Assembly: GCA_029572555.1 (NCBI GenBank)
Contig: JAKPVM010000076.1
Coordinates: 2,467-66,466, forward strand
DNA: 64,000 nt
Source of the DNA: Verrucomicrobiota bacterium
Lineage (GTDB): Bacteria; Verrucomicrobiota; Verrucomicrobiia; Limisphaerales; JAKPVM01
Direction of reading: 5' to 3'
This document shows, piece after piece, positions 1 through 9,449 of the stretch. The notes beneath the pieces are model-generated. The model was not told the DNA's origin and ran no database searches. It worked only from the letters and a program-made list of their open reading frames with translations. The first letter of the stretch is position 1. Every line of letters starts with the position of its first letter. The translations under genes and the position numbers were made by a program.

Positions 1-1836
1 TGCGCTTGCTGGATTTGTTCCGTGTGCAGATTGCGGGATTAAACAGATGTTCCGGTGCCCTTCATTGCGGCTTTTATGGTAAGCGCGGATTATTAATAAT
101 CCCGTGTATTCACCCTGCGAACCAGCAGTTGGTTGAAAAGTAATTCCTTCAAAACCGGTAATTTTTAATAGCCAATCACCTAATTCTTTAATAAGTTCGG
201 CATATCCGGAAGCCTGTTCTTGCGGGACATAAGGGTGTATCCGATTAAATTCCTGCCACGACATCGGCACCATCCCAGATGACGGGTTCAGTTTCATTGT
301 GCAGGAACCGAGCGGAATCATTGAGGCAGTTAAAGACAAATCCCGCGATTCTAATTTTCGTATATACCGCAACATAGCGGTTTCTGAATGATAGGAATTA
401 AAAACAGAATGTGTAAGATATGCGCTTTTTCTTATTAGGTTTGGCGGAATGGACAGAAAAATCCCTTTCATCAGTTCATCAAAAAAGTCAACAGGTTGGT
501 TGCTATTATAAATTTTAAGCAGGAGACGGACATCGTCAATTGTTGTGGTTTCATCAATAGAAATTGCGGTAGTTTTGTCATCAATCACCCTGATATTTAC
601 CCGATTTTCCCGAGCGATTTTTTGAATCAATTGTGAATTTGTTGTTTTTGACTTAATGCAAATCGTATCAAAGAAATACTCTGAACCTAATGAATATCCA
701 AGTTTCTTAATGCCATTTGCGAAAATCGTGGCAAGTGTGTTGATTCTGGCGGCTATTTTCTTTAATCCATCCGGTCCGTGATAAACTGCATACATTGCGG
801 ACATAATCGCAGGCAATGCCTGTGCAGTGCAAATATTGCTTGTTGCCTTTTCTCTGCGGATATGTTGTTCGCGTGTCCCTAGCGCAAGTCGCAATGCGGG
901 TTTTCCTTGAGAATCTTTTGAAATTCCAACAAGGCGACCTGGCATCTGACGTTTAAAAGCATCCTTCGTTGCAAGGAAACCGGAATGAGGTCCGCCAAAA
1001 CCCATCGGCAAACCGAACCTTTGTGTACTGCCGACGGCGATATCAGCGCCAAATTCTCCGGGAGGTTTAATCAGCAAAAGAGCCATAATATCAGCAGAAA
1101 CTGCTACAAGAACACCGTTATTATGCGCAGTTTGAACGAGTGATTCGTAGTTTATGATGTCGCCATAACTTGAAGGATATTGCAGGAGTATGCCAAAGGT
1201 ATGTTCGTCGACTCTGATTTCTTGTGGCGGGCATATAATCAATTCAACACCAGAGGCTTGAGAATGCGTTTTAACCACGGAAATATTTTGTGGATGGCAG
1301 TCGGCAGCAATAATAAATCGATTAGCCTGCTGATTTTTTCTAATTCTATGGCACATACGGATAGCCTCTGCGCAGGCAGTTGCTTCGTCCAGCATTGAGG
1401 CGTTTGCAATTTCTAACCCGGTAAGTTCGCAAATCATTGTTTGAAATATTAGCAAGGCTTCAAGTCGTCCCTGTGAAATTTCTGCCTGATATGGTGTGTA
1501 TTGCGTGTACCAGCCGGGGTTTTCAAGTATATTACGCAAAATAACAGAAGGCGTATAACAATCGTAAAAACCCATCCCTATATATGATTTGAAAATTTGA
1601 TTTTTAGCCGCAATCTGACGAAGCCGTTCAAGGGCTTTCTGTTCGCCTATTGGAGTCGGCGATTGAATTGGCTCTTTGACTTTAATCTGCGGTGGCAACG
1701 CAAATTCTATTAAATTCTCAAGGTCTTTTGCGCCGATAAATCTCGCCATTTCTTGTATTTCATCTGACCGTGGTCCGATGTGACGGTTTAAAAAACAGTC
1801 AGGGTGTTCAAATTCTTTATATCTATCTTCGTTCAT
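1..1836 (-). CDS. gcvP: Glycine dehydrogenase (decarboxylating), single-chain GcvP. N-terminal ~612 codons; the C-terminal part lies beyond the left window edge.
   Basis: Absent from the supplied track because no stop lies in the window. Minus-strand ATG at 1836-1834. Hand translation reads MNEDRYKEFEHPDCFLNRHIGPRSDEIQEMA, later QTMICELTGLEIANASMLDEATACAEA and QRFGLPMGFGGPHSGFLATKDAFKRQMPGRLVG, which are GcvP signatures. The frame stays open to base 1. Plus-strand ORF 1180..1398 is its antisense shadow. Confidence 0.85.
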   Translation of the reverse strand, partial: MNEDRYKEFEHPDCFLNRHIGPRSDEIQEMARFIGAKDLENLIEFALPPQIKVKEPIQSPTPIGEQKALERLRQIAAKNQIFKSYIGMGFYDCYTPSVILRNILENPGWYTQYTPYQAEISQGRLEALLIFQTMICELTGLEIANASMLDEATACAEAIRMCHRIRKNQQANRFIIAADCHPQNISVVKTHSQASGVELIICPPQEIRVDEHTFGILLQYPSSYGDIINYESLVQTAHNNGVLVAVSADIMALLLIKPPGEFGADIAVGSTQRFGLPMGFGGPHSGFLATKDAFKRQMPGRLVGISKDSQGKPALRLALGTREQHIRREKATSNICTAQALPAIMSAMYAVYHGPDGLKKIAARINTLATIFANGIKKLGYSLGSEYFFDTICIKSKTTNSQLIQKIARENRVNIRVIDDKTTAISIDETTTIDDVRLLLKIYNSNQPVDFFDELMKGIFLSIPPNLIRKSAYLTHSVFNSYHSETAMLRYIRKLESRDLSLTASMIPLGSCTMKLNPSSGMVPMSWQEFNRIHPYVPQEQASGYAELIKELGDWLLKITGFEGITFQPTAGSQGEYTGLLIIRAYHKSRNEGHRNICLIPQSAHGTNPASA

Positions 1837-1941
1837 ATTGAAAATGTCTTCTTTGATAACAACAAAATTATTTATTTCTTATCAAAAATTTAACGGTTGG
1901 CAAATTTATTTACGATAACTGTGCAATGAATTTAAAAAGTT

Positions 1942-1957
1942 AGACTATTTTTAGTCT
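1942..1957 (-). terminator. Weak hairpin just downstream of the GH43 stop; possible intrinsic terminator
   Basis: AGACTA-TTTT-TAGTCT (6-bp stem, 4-nt loop) lies 17 nt past the stop at 1974. On the minus strand it is followed by AACTTTTTAAA. The stem is short and AT-rich and the U-tract is interrupted. Confidence 0.3.
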
Positions 1958-1973
1958 CCTGATGGAATAGAAT

Positions 1974-3608
1974 TTACCTACTTTTTGGACCTATTCGGAA
2001 ATAGTCAAAATCAACAAAGCCTCCTGCGGTTTTGGTTGCGTAGTTGAACAAGGCAAAACGATACCCCATAAAATGCGGAAGCGTATAAACCATCTGCAGA
2101 GGTTTTCCTATCGTAGTCCAATTCTTATTATCCCGACTATAGAAGAAATAGGCTTTGTCGGTTCGGTTATTAAAATCGCATTCTATTTTTAGGAATACGG
2201 TGTTTTGATTTAATGGAACTGTCTCCGTTTCAACCGGAGAATTTGATTCTGCGCTGATCATCACAATGGACTTAGCGCCTTCTGACATTTTTACTCCAAC
2301 AAAACCATATTTCTTTTGAAACATAGCCAACCCGGCATAATCCCCATCTTTCATATTGCTCACGTCAATAGCAACGGCGCCGAAACAATCCGGTCCAAAT
2401 GTGCGTTGTGTAAGCGTATTTCTGGCTTTGGGCAATTCAGAAACTACTTTGCCGGTTGTTAGACGGAGAAAGCCGGGACGTTCGGTGATAGACCAGTATC
2501 TATCATCAGGATTATGGTTCCATTGAAATGCTAACGGTAATGCTGGTTCGCCCGGTTTGCGATTGAACTCATCTGACGCCACGATGTTTCCAAGTCCATT
2601 CGTAGTTGTAGGGATATTTAAAATGTCTGGCACTTTTCCATCAATGCCCAAAACAGGCCAGCCATTTTCCCATTTCGCAGGTACAAGGTAAGGTATACGT
2701 CCAACAGCGCCATAATCCTGAAATAAAAAGGCATACAATTCACCTGTCGGTGTATCTATGAGACATCCCTGTGCGATGCCCTTATACTTCAAAGCTACCT
2801 TGCTTTCATACGGACCCGTTAATTTATCTGAACGAGAAATTAATTGAGTTCTCATATCCCCCTTAGGCCAGGTAATGTTCATAAGATAATATTTTCCGTT
2901 AATCTTGTTCATTTGAGAACCTTCTGCTGGCAAACCGATATTTGCTCCAGCCACACGACTGACGTTAGTAATAATTACCATATTTACCCCAGCCGGCTTG
3001 ATTCCCGATACGTCGGCTGTTAGTTCAATCAGACGAATATCGCCACCCCCATAAATCATATATACCCGATCATCATCGTCAAAAAACAGGGAATGGTCGT
3101 GCAAGGCAGGGCGGAAGGAGGATTCAATCCAATTCCCTTTTTCAATGTCTTTTGTTTTATAAACGTGGGTTTTACCTGTCGTACTGGAAAATGTCGTCAC
3201 ATAAAATGTCCCTTTATGGTATCGCAGGCTGCTTGCCCAAGAACCAGCGCCATAAGCGTTTTTTCCATTTTGCAGAGTCAGAGCGTCATTGTCTCCAAGT
3301 GTTTTGTATGCATAACCGATGATTTCCCAGTTCACTAAATTCTTTGATTTCATAATAGGAAGTCCGGGACTTAAATGCATTGTCGTGCTGCTCATATAAT
3401 ATATATCTCCAACACGGATAACCGAAGGATCAGGGACATCTGCCCAGATAACAGGATTCCGAGCAAACTTATCGGGTTTATCCGTCTGAGCAGATGATTG
3501 TTGCAAAAGCAATAAGCTTATGATGACAGGAACAATACAGCGCTGGCATATTCTAAATAGTTTTAATCGCATATCTTTTAATAATAATAAAATCGATGAA
3601 AAAAACAA
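1974..3608 (-). CDS. Glycoside hydrolase family 43 (beta-xylosidase/alpha-L-arabinofuranosidase type) with a C-terminal beta-sandwich domain; secreted
   Basis: NPVIWADVPDPSVIRVGDIYYMSSTT...PGLPIMKSKNLVNWEIIGYA is the typical GH43 five-bladed propeller N-terminus. The C-terminal ~200 aa resemble the GH43 C-terminal lectin-like domain. A signal peptide follows the internal Met (MRLKLF...AQT), so the true start may be 3572. Confidence 0.85.
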   Translation of the reverse strand: MFFSSILLLLKDMRLKLFRICQRCIVPVIISLLLLQQSSAQTDKPDKFARNPVIWADVPDPSVIRVGDIYYMSSTTMHLSPGLPIMKSKNLVNWEIIGYAYKTLGDNDALTLQNGKNAYGAGSWASSLRYHKGTFYVTTFSSTTGKTHVYKTKDIEKGNWIESSFRPALHDHSLFFDDDDRVYMIYGGGDIRLIELTADVSGIKPAGVNMVIITNVSRVAGANIGLPAEGSQMNKINGKYYLMNITWPKGDMRTQLISRSDKLTGPYESKVALKYKGIAQGCLIDTPTGELYAFLFQDYGAVGRIPYLVPAKWENGWPVLGIDGKVPDILNIPTTTNGLGNIVASDEFNRKPGEPALPLAFQWNHNPDDRYWSITERPGFLRLTTGKVVSELPKARNTLTQRTFGPDCFGAVAIDVSNMKDGDYAGLAMFQKKYGFVGVKMSEGAKSIVMISAESNSPVETETVPLNQNTVFLKIECDFNNRTDKAYFFYSRDNKNWTTIGKPLQMVYTLPHFMGYRFALFNYATKTAGGFVDFDYFRIGPKSR

Positions 3609-3630
3609 TAGGAACGATTGAAATCAATAT

Positions 3631-3722
3631 ATGGGGGAGCGTCCTTGCTTCACTATATTAAAATTGCCAGTAAGGATGCTGGCATCACCTTTGAACCGTC
3701 ATCAAGGACGTCGACTCCACGT
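3631..3722. repeat. Cluster of three copies (one inverted, two direct) of a ~21-nt dispersed motif AGYAAGGAYGC-N3-4-C-N-CCAC
   Basis: ATGGGGGAGCGTCCTTGCT (3631-3649, inverted), AGTAAGGATGCTGGCATCACC (3669-3689), ATCAAGGACGTCGACTCCACGT (3701-3722). The same motif recurs at 10185-10315. Confidence 0.6.
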
Positions 3723-3817
3723 TAAAATTCCAAAGAATTATATTATAATAGCACAGGACTTAAAACAGGGGAGATAGATGGTATGTATGGCAATGATGTA
3801 AAAATCAATTTATATAT

Positions 3818-4405
3818 TTACGCATCGCCAATCACAAATCGGATATGTTTTGAGTCTTCAATACGGTTGCAAAAAAAGTTATTCGCCTTTATTTGATTTA
3901 TTTTTTCAACCGCCGACGCAAGATTGGGGACAAGAAGATCGTGCCTGCAATTTGCAATCCAGGGAGAATTTATCAGAATAGAGAGACAGCAAAGCATTCG
4001 TGCTACTTGAGCATCCTGCCATTTATCGCTGATGATAATTGATTCGTTTATCTTAATTTGCCATTTATATATTGCTTCAACGAATAAACCGATTTTTGGT
4101 TTTCTGCAATTGCAACCGTCGTTTTCATCGTGCGGGCAAATAAATATATCATCTAATAAAAATTCTTCTTTCAATCGTTTATGAATTAAATCAAGGTCTC
4201 TCCAGAACATATAACCACGAGAAATTCCCGGCTGATTTGTTATTACAATAAGTGTAAAACCGCTGGATTTAAGCGAACGGATTAGGGGAATGGCGTCGGT
4301 CTTGATGCGCAATTCCGCCGGGCAGGTTGGCGGGATTGGGTAATTGTTTTTAAACCTGTAATAGTTCAAAATGCCATCGCGTTCTATAAATATCGCCCTT
4401 TTCAT
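3818..4405 (-). CDS. HAD-superfamily phosphatase of the GmhB / histidinol-phosphatase-like subfamily (D,D-heptose 1,7-bisphosphate phosphatase type)
   Basis: FIERDGILN (motif I), VITNQPG (motif II), CPH...CNCRKP (Zn-binding loop plus motif III Lys), SDKWQD (motif IV). Motif I has Glu where the nucleophilic Asp is expected. Confidence 0.7.
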   Translation of the reverse strand: MKRAIFIERDGILNYYRFKNNYPIPPTCPAELRIKTDAIPLIRSLKSSGFTLIVITNQPGISRGYMFWRDLDLIHKRLKEEFLLDDIFICPHDENDGCNCRKPKIGLFVEAIYKWQIKINESIIISDKWQDAQVARMLCCLSILINSPWIANCRHDLLVPNLASAVEKINQIKANNFFCNRIEDSKHIRFVIGDA

Positions 4406-4451
4406 AAAATCTAATTTTTAATATAGCAAGAAGTGTCCCTTCCTATTGGCA

Positions 4452-4481
4452 TTGACATAAAAAGATTAAAATATATATAAC
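4452..4481 (+). promoter_or_regulatory. Sigma70-like promoter candidate for the DUF1080 gene
   Basis: TTGACA (4452-4457), 18-nt spacer, TATAAC (4476-4481). AGGAG lies 8 nt before the ATG at 4599. Prediction by eye only. Confidence 0.3.
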
Positions 4482-4598
4482 TAATTATGGATAAATGTGT
4501 TATGCATTTGCAAATTTGAGAATTTTCGTTTTACAAAATCCAAATTGTTTGAAGAAATTGTTGTTAAATAAAGTCAATTATGGTAGGAGTGTACAGGT

Positions 4599-5285
4599 AT
4601 GAAAAAATTTATTAATAAAAGTTGTATTGCGGCGATAATCGGGATTTCGGTGTTAGCCACCGTTTCAGTTTTCGGCGCTGAAGATGGATGGGTTGACCTT
4701 TTTGACGGTAAGACATTAAAAGGCTGGGTTCAACGTGGTGGAAAGGCTAAATATACGGTTGAAGATGGCGCAATAGTTGGTAGAACTGTAATAAATACAC
4801 CCAACAGTTTTTTATGCACGGAACAGGAGTATGGCGATTTTATTCTTGAACTTGAATTTAAAGTTGACCCGCAACTCAACTCCGGTATCCAAATCCGTAG
4901 CCAATGTTTTGATAAAGCGACGGAGGTTGAGTGGCAGGGGAAAAAGATAAAAATCCCAGCAGGCAGAGTGCATGGCTATCAAGTGGAAATTGATCCCAGC
5001 AAAAGGGGATGGTCAGGCGGGATATATGATGAGGGGCGTAGAGGATGGTTAAATAATCTTGAAAAAAGTCCAGACGCAAAGAAGGCATTCAAACAAAATG
5101 ATTGGAACAAAATTCGCGTTGAAGCCAGAGGGGATTCAATAAAAACCTGGATTAATGGTGTCCCTGCTGCGGATTTAAAGGATTCAATGACGTTGAAAGG
5201 CTTTATTGCATTGCAGGTTCATGGGACTAAACAAGAAGGTCTGGAAGTCCGCTGGCGCAATATAAGACTAAAGAAACTTGATTAA
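4599..5285 (+). CDS. Secreted DUF1080 (3-keto-disaccharide hydrolase-like, concanavalin/LamG fold) protein
   Basis: Signal peptide, then [15 protein letters not shown]...[20 protein letters not shown]...GYQVEIDP...FIALQVHG...VRWRNIRLK, the characteristic DUF1080 pattern. Confidence 0.8.
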   Translation: MKKFINKSCIAAIIGISVLATVSVFGAEDGWVDLFDGKTLKGWVQRGGKAKYTVEDGAIVGRTVINTPNSFLCTEQEYGDFILELEFKVDPQLNSGIQIRSQCFDKATEVEWQGKKIKIPAGRVHGYQVEIDPSKRGWSGGIYDEGRRGWLNNLEKSPDAKKAFKQNDWNKIRVEARGDSIKTWINGVPAADLKDSMTLKGFIALQVHGTKQEGLEVRWRNIRLKKLD

Positions 5286-5305
5286 ACCGTTGCCCGTAAT
5301 ACCTT

Positions 5306-5995
5306 TCATTTAGTCGGTTTTGTTTCTTTAAGCCATTGGATAAAGCTTTTCAGTGCAAGGGCGCGATGGCTGATTTTATTTTTTAACTCTTCTCCTAACT
5401 CGGCAAATGTCCTGTCATAACCGTTTGGGACAAATAAAGGGTCGTACCCAAAACCGCCTGAACCGCGCGGGGCGTTGATAATTCTGCCTTCGCAGATGTT
5501 CTCAAAGAATTTTAAACGATTTGAGAGGGCGTCAATGTTTTCAATAGCAACGTTATTTATTTCTACAACAGCAAGGACGCATTTGAATCGCGCCGTTCGT
5601 TTTTCATCGGGAACCCCATTTAACAATGAAAGCAATTTTTTATTATTTTCTTCGTCTGTGCTGTTATTTGCGCCGCTGACGCTGGCAAATCTTGCCGAAT
5701 TTACACCCGGCGCGCCATTCAAATAGTCGACCTCTAAACCCGAATCGTCTGCCAATATATATATTGGATACGACAAATTGACCTTATGACTTCTTGTCAG
5801 ATGGATTATGTAAAAGGCAAATTGAGTGGCTTTTTTACCCGCATTATCGTAAAATGTCTTTCCATTCTCAACCACATAAGGCGCGTCAGGAAAATCCTTT
5901 GCAGACAATATCCGGAACGAATCATAGCAGCTTAAAATATCGCTGAATTCTTTAACCTTGTTTTTGTTTGCAGTTGCAACTATTAACGTTGGCAT
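5306..5995 (-). CDS. rdgB: Non-canonical purine NTP pyrophosphatase (RdgB/HAM1 family)
   Basis: LIVATANKNKVKEF, DDSGLEVDYLNGAPGVNSARFA, GGFGYDPLF, ISHRALA. Confidence 0.85.
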   Translation of the reverse strand: MPTLIVATANKNKVKEFSDILSCYDSFRILSAKDFPDAPYVVENGKTFYDNAGKKATQFAFYIIHLTRSHKVNLSYPIYILADDSGLEVDYLNGAPGVNSARFASVSGANNSTDEENNKKLLSLLNGVPDEKRTARFKCVLAVVEINNVAIENIDALSNRLKFFENICEGRIINAPRGSGGFGYDPLFVPNGYDRTFAELGEELKNKISHRALALKSFIQWLKETKPTK

Positions 5996-6650
5996 TGATT
6001 GGCTCCTCGACTAAAACTTTGTTAATAAATTTCCTGAACAACGGAATCTCTTGTTCTACTAAAATTGTATGTTCTTTATTGAAAACTTGGTATTCAATGT
6101 TTAATCCCTTAGATTTGAACTTATTTATTTGTTCCTCAACTTTTTCAGCAGATATATACGGGTCTTGTAAACCGTGAGTGATTAAAAACCTTTGCTGTTT
6201 TGAAACCTCTGTAATGCTGTCGTAAATACCATCTTTTTCCAAAGCCCATCCACTAATGCCGATTAAACCGGCAAGCTGTCGCGGGTATCTGACGCCAACC
6301 TCCCAGGTCATAAGACATCCCTGTGAAAAGCCCAACAATACCATCTGTTCTGGTGGGTAGTTGTTATTATGCAAATGTTCAAACAGCTCGAAAAGAAGCG
6401 CCCGACTTCTTGCAACTGTCTTTGGGTCTGCTGCAAGGGTTTGAGTGTCAATGTTAAACCATGAATATCCCGGGTAATAAACATCAGGTGCATTGACGAG
6501 TATGTAGTTTAGATATGGTAGATTCAGTGCCTCTGGCAACCACCGATATCCTTCTGCGCTATCTCCTAACCCGTGTAGCACAACGAGTGTTCGCCTTGAT
6601 TTGCTCTCCTTCGCTGGATAAATTTCCGTTTTTAACATCTGTTTATTCAT
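5952..6650 (-). CDS. Phospholipase/carboxylesterase-family alpha/beta hydrolase
   Basis: LVVLHGLGDS, nucleophile elbow GFSQGC, and HGLQDPYI with the catalytic His region. The 3' end overlaps the rdgB start by 44 nt. Confidence 0.7.
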   Translation of the reverse strand: MNKQMLKTEIYPAKESKSRRTLVVLHGLGDSAEGYRWLPEALNLPYLNYILVNAPDVYYPGYSWFNIDTQTLAADPKTVARSRALLFELFEHLHNNNYPPEQMVLLGFSQGCLMTWEVGVRYPRQLAGLIGISGWALEKDGIYDSITEVSKQQRFLITHGLQDPYISAEKVEEQINKFKSKGLNIEYQVFNKEHTILVEQEIPLFRKFINKVLVEEPINANVNSCNCKQKQG

Positions 6651-6838
6651 TTTAACAATTTTATTATACAGGAATTGTTGTTTTCAGACAAAATTAATTT
6701 AATGGCTACAATGATTTGGTATTAACAATAATTTATTATTTGCCGCTGGTTTTAAACGCAATGCATAATATTAGCTCAAAAATCGAACTCAATCGCCCGT
6801 TCAGATAAAAAATCCGCGTTCGCCCAGAAAAATCAGTA

Positions 6839-8467
6839 TTATTTTTTGTATATCTTAAAAGACCCGACATCGAACCACACCTCGCCAGTCAGCGCCCGTA
6901 GTTCGCATATAAGTTCGACATCTTGCGGAGAATCAATACTGAATTGATATTCAAGTTTTTTCCAGGGCGAGGTATTAATCAATTTATTTTCTCGTTTTAA
7001 TTGGTTGACGGAAGTTCGCAGCCCGGCGCCTTCGCCTTGTTCATCTGAAATCGGTTTCACATTTTCGCATCTCGCCAATGCTTCAAACAAATAATTTCCT
7101 TGCCAGAGTTTCACTGTTGTTTTCCACATTGCGGTAGTGGATGAATTAGCCTTTATGTACAATGCGGTTCTTCCGTCTTTATCTTTCACTATGTCGAATT
7201 GTGCCCCGCTTTCGCCGCCAGCCTTTTTCCAATTTTCAGGCGCAATTATCATATCTGAGGCAGTTTTTAACTTCATCGAGGCAAATTGCCTATCTATCGA
7301 TTGTGCCCGGTTTATGATTCTTTGTTTTAAATCGCGTGAACGATTTTCGAACCCCTGAGCAAAATTTTTGTCTACCTCAGCAATTTTTGGTTTTAGTTTG
7401 CTCACAATTGTATCAATACGATTTGTTAAATCTTCGGGACGAAAATTATTTACAAAAATTTCCTCAAATCTTTCAACATACCGTTTTTTTGTCTCAGGAA
7501 TTCTATAGACTGTTTGGGCGACTAATCCATTAACACCGGGGACAATTGGAACGTTTGAATCATTCATCATCTGGTCTAAGTCGTGAGGTATAAAAGTAAA
7601 TTTGCCGTTTGAAGGGTCGTGATAAAGTCTGTAATTGTGCCTTGCAAATGTGTACCCATCCCAGTGGCATAACATTACTTCAATTGCCATAAAAGAAATA
7701 AACCTATCAACATCAAGAATTGAATTTAACATTGTATAACATTTATTTGTATCCCTTTCGCGGACAGCATTTGCTAATTGTTTCAAGTCCGACCAATCAT
7801 TAGCGCCCTCGCCTTCCATACGGTGCATCGGGGCATCAACGTCTATTCCACCGGATTCGCCATAAGCGTTTCCATCCGGGCTTCCAAAAAATTGCGAGAA
7901 AAATTCTTTTTCAAAACTTTCTTTTAAAACATAAAACTGAGTTGGTCGGTTATTGACCTGAACAAAGGCGTGAGCAACACGAGTGGCTGGAACACCAGCA
8001 GAACGAAAAAGATGTCCACAAATAAATTCGCTCAAAAAAGTTGGGTCCTGAACGCTGTTGTTTAGATGAATTTTTCTTACACCGTGAAATCGCTGTCCGG
8101 GTCTGAAGTATGAAAAATTCAGTGTGAAGCCGGGTTTAGGGTCGTCAAATCCGCGAAAACTTCCAGCCGAACCTTTTAAATGGATAGCAACGTTTGTATA
8201 AACACGGTCTCCTTCGGTAACGACGCAGGGTGCATATTTTTTAGGGTCTTTGCGGAGTGCTGCCGCTGAAGTTTCAGGAACTTCTATTTTAAATTTTAAT
8301 AATACACCATCGCCAGAAAACAGTTGATTCATTTCAGATACATAATTTTCTTTGTTCGTTGCCGCTTTTGTTGTTAATGAAGAACAAAAGAGACAAAGGA
8401 ATAATAAATAGGCTATTTTTTTAAATAGCAAGTTTTGAAACAAAGCAGTATAAAAAATTACTTTCAT
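6839..8467 (-). CDS. CotH-family (atypical kinase fold) secreted protein with a C-terminal jelly-roll/CBM-like module
   Basis: Signal peptide. LNFSYF...IHLNNSVQDPTFLSEFICGHLFRSAGVPATR...YVLKESFEKEFF...HWDGYTFARHNYRLYHDP...FIPHDLDQ matches the CotH pattern. The C-terminus ends ...GEVWFDVGSFKIYKK. Confidence 0.75.
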   Translation of the reverse strand: MKVIFYTALFQNLLFKKIAYLLFLCLFCSSLTTKAATNKENYVSEMNQLFSGDGVLLKFKIEVPETSAAALRKDPKKYAPCVVTEGDRVYTNVAIHLKGSAGSFRGFDDPKPGFTLNFSYFRPGQRFHGVRKIHLNNSVQDPTFLSEFICGHLFRSAGVPATRVAHAFVQVNNRPTQFYVLKESFEKEFFSQFFGSPDGNAYGESGGIDVDAPMHRMEGEGANDWSDLKQLANAVRERDTNKCYTMLNSILDVDRFISFMAIEVMLCHWDGYTFARHNYRLYHDPSNGKFTFIPHDLDQMMNDSNVPIVPGVNGLVAQTVYRIPETKKRYVERFEEIFVNNFRPEDLTNRIDTIVSKLKPKIAEVDKNFAQGFENRSRDLKQRIINRAQSIDRQFASMKLKTASDMIIAPENWKKAGGESGAQFDIVKDKDGRTALYIKANSSTTAMWKTTVKLWQGNYLFEALARCENVKPISDEQGEGAGLRTSVNQLKRENKLINTSPWKKLEYQFSIDSPQDVELICELRALTGEVWFDVGSFKIYKK

Positions 8468-8690
8468 AAAAGTATTCAGTAAAAAATATTCATTGAAAAT
8501 TAGACGGAAAATTCGGGCAAAATCAGAAAAAAAACAAAATTTTTTATAAGAAGATGTGGGTTGTTTTTATAACCCATTGATAATCAAGAAGAAAAAATTT
8601 ATTTTTTTTGTTGCATTTTTATGCGAACAGGTGTAAAAATTATAATAGTTAAGTAAGACAAAATAGATAAAAAAAATTTTAAAAAAGTTG

Positions 8691-8719
8691 TTGACAAAAT
8701 TTTAAATTTTTATCATATT
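8691..8719 (+). promoter_or_regulatory. Sigma70-like promoter candidate within a 283-nt AT-rich intergenic region
   Basis: TTGACA (8691-8696), 17-nt spacer, CATATT (8714-8719), about 30 nt upstream of the ATG at 8751. A GTTGACAAAA string recurs at 9418-9427 before the next gene, but without a convincing -10 element. Confidence 0.3.
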
Positions 8720-8750
8720 TTGTTACGCACAATAAAAAAGAGAAAACACT

Positions 8751-9392
8751 ATGAAAACAAAATTGCTAATATTAACAGCCGCCGTAGCAGTAGCAGGAGC
8801 TATTGCCGTAAAGGCGCAGACAGTTTATTCTGTCAACGTAGTCGGTTACGTGAATGTGACCCTCGCTCCGGGGTTCAACCTAATCGCTAACCCACTAAAT
8901 ACAACGAATAATACTATTGGTTCATTGTTGCCGGGAATACCGGGCTTAACTGTATATAAATATATTTCTGGTTCTTATGCAAACTGGTCGTTTGATGAAT
9001 ATGATCTAGTTTGGTATCCTAATGATAAGGCAACATTAAATCCTGGCGAAGGTGCATTTGTTTTTAATCCCACTGCAACTAATATTGTTGTAACATTTGT
9101 TGGCGAAGTACTCCAAGGTTTGTTGACAAATGATATACCAGTGGGGTATTCAATCAGAAGTTCAATGGTTCCTCAAACAGGAACAATAAATGATATATTG
9201 CAACTTCAGGGTGAACCTGGCGACACCATATATAAATATAAAATAGAAACAAAAAATTATGAAAGTTATACATTTGATGAATTTGAGTTAGTTTGGTATC
9301 CAGATTCGCCTGTTATTAATGTTGGTGAAGCATTCTTTTTAAATCGTTTTACAAAACCAACTCAATGGATTAGAAACTTTACGGTTCAATAA
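8751..9392 (+). CDS. Secreted protein of unknown function with an internal tandem duplication
   Basis: Signal peptide MKTKLLILTAAVAVAGAIAVKAQ. Two ~80-aa units share VYKY...Y..(W/Y)(S/T)FDE(Y/F)(D/E)LVWYP......(G)E(G)AF(V/F)(F/L)N. Confidence 0.6.
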   Translation: MKTKLLILTAAVAVAGAIAVKAQTVYSVNVVGYVNVTLAPGFNLIANPLNTTNNTIGSLLPGIPGLTVYKYISGSYANWSFDEYDLVWYPNDKATLNPGEGAFVFNPTATNIVVTFVGEVLQGLLTNDIPVGYSIRSSMVPQTGTINDILQLQGEPGDTIYKYKIETKNYESYTFDEFELVWYPDSPVINVGEAFFLNRFTKPTQWIRNFTVQ

Positions 9393-9449
9393 ATAAAAGA
9401 ATTTTAATATGTTAGAAGTTGACAAAAATAATAAAAATAAGGCAAAATT

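Noticed and set aside
1837-1973. Glycine riboswitch in the gcvP leader
   Set aside because: None of the conserved core segments are visible. The region is AT-rich, and its only clear structure is a small hairpin better explained as the GH43 terminator.
5475-5726. Assorted 60-130-aa ORFs nested antisense or out of frame in long genes (e.g. 3093..3338, 5475..5726, 7137..7533, 23906..24301, 24812..25189, 44482..48964 set)
   Set aside because: All are fully contained in strongly supported CDSs on the other strand or in another frame, and their products are low-complexity or non-protein-like. I treated them as shadow ORFs.
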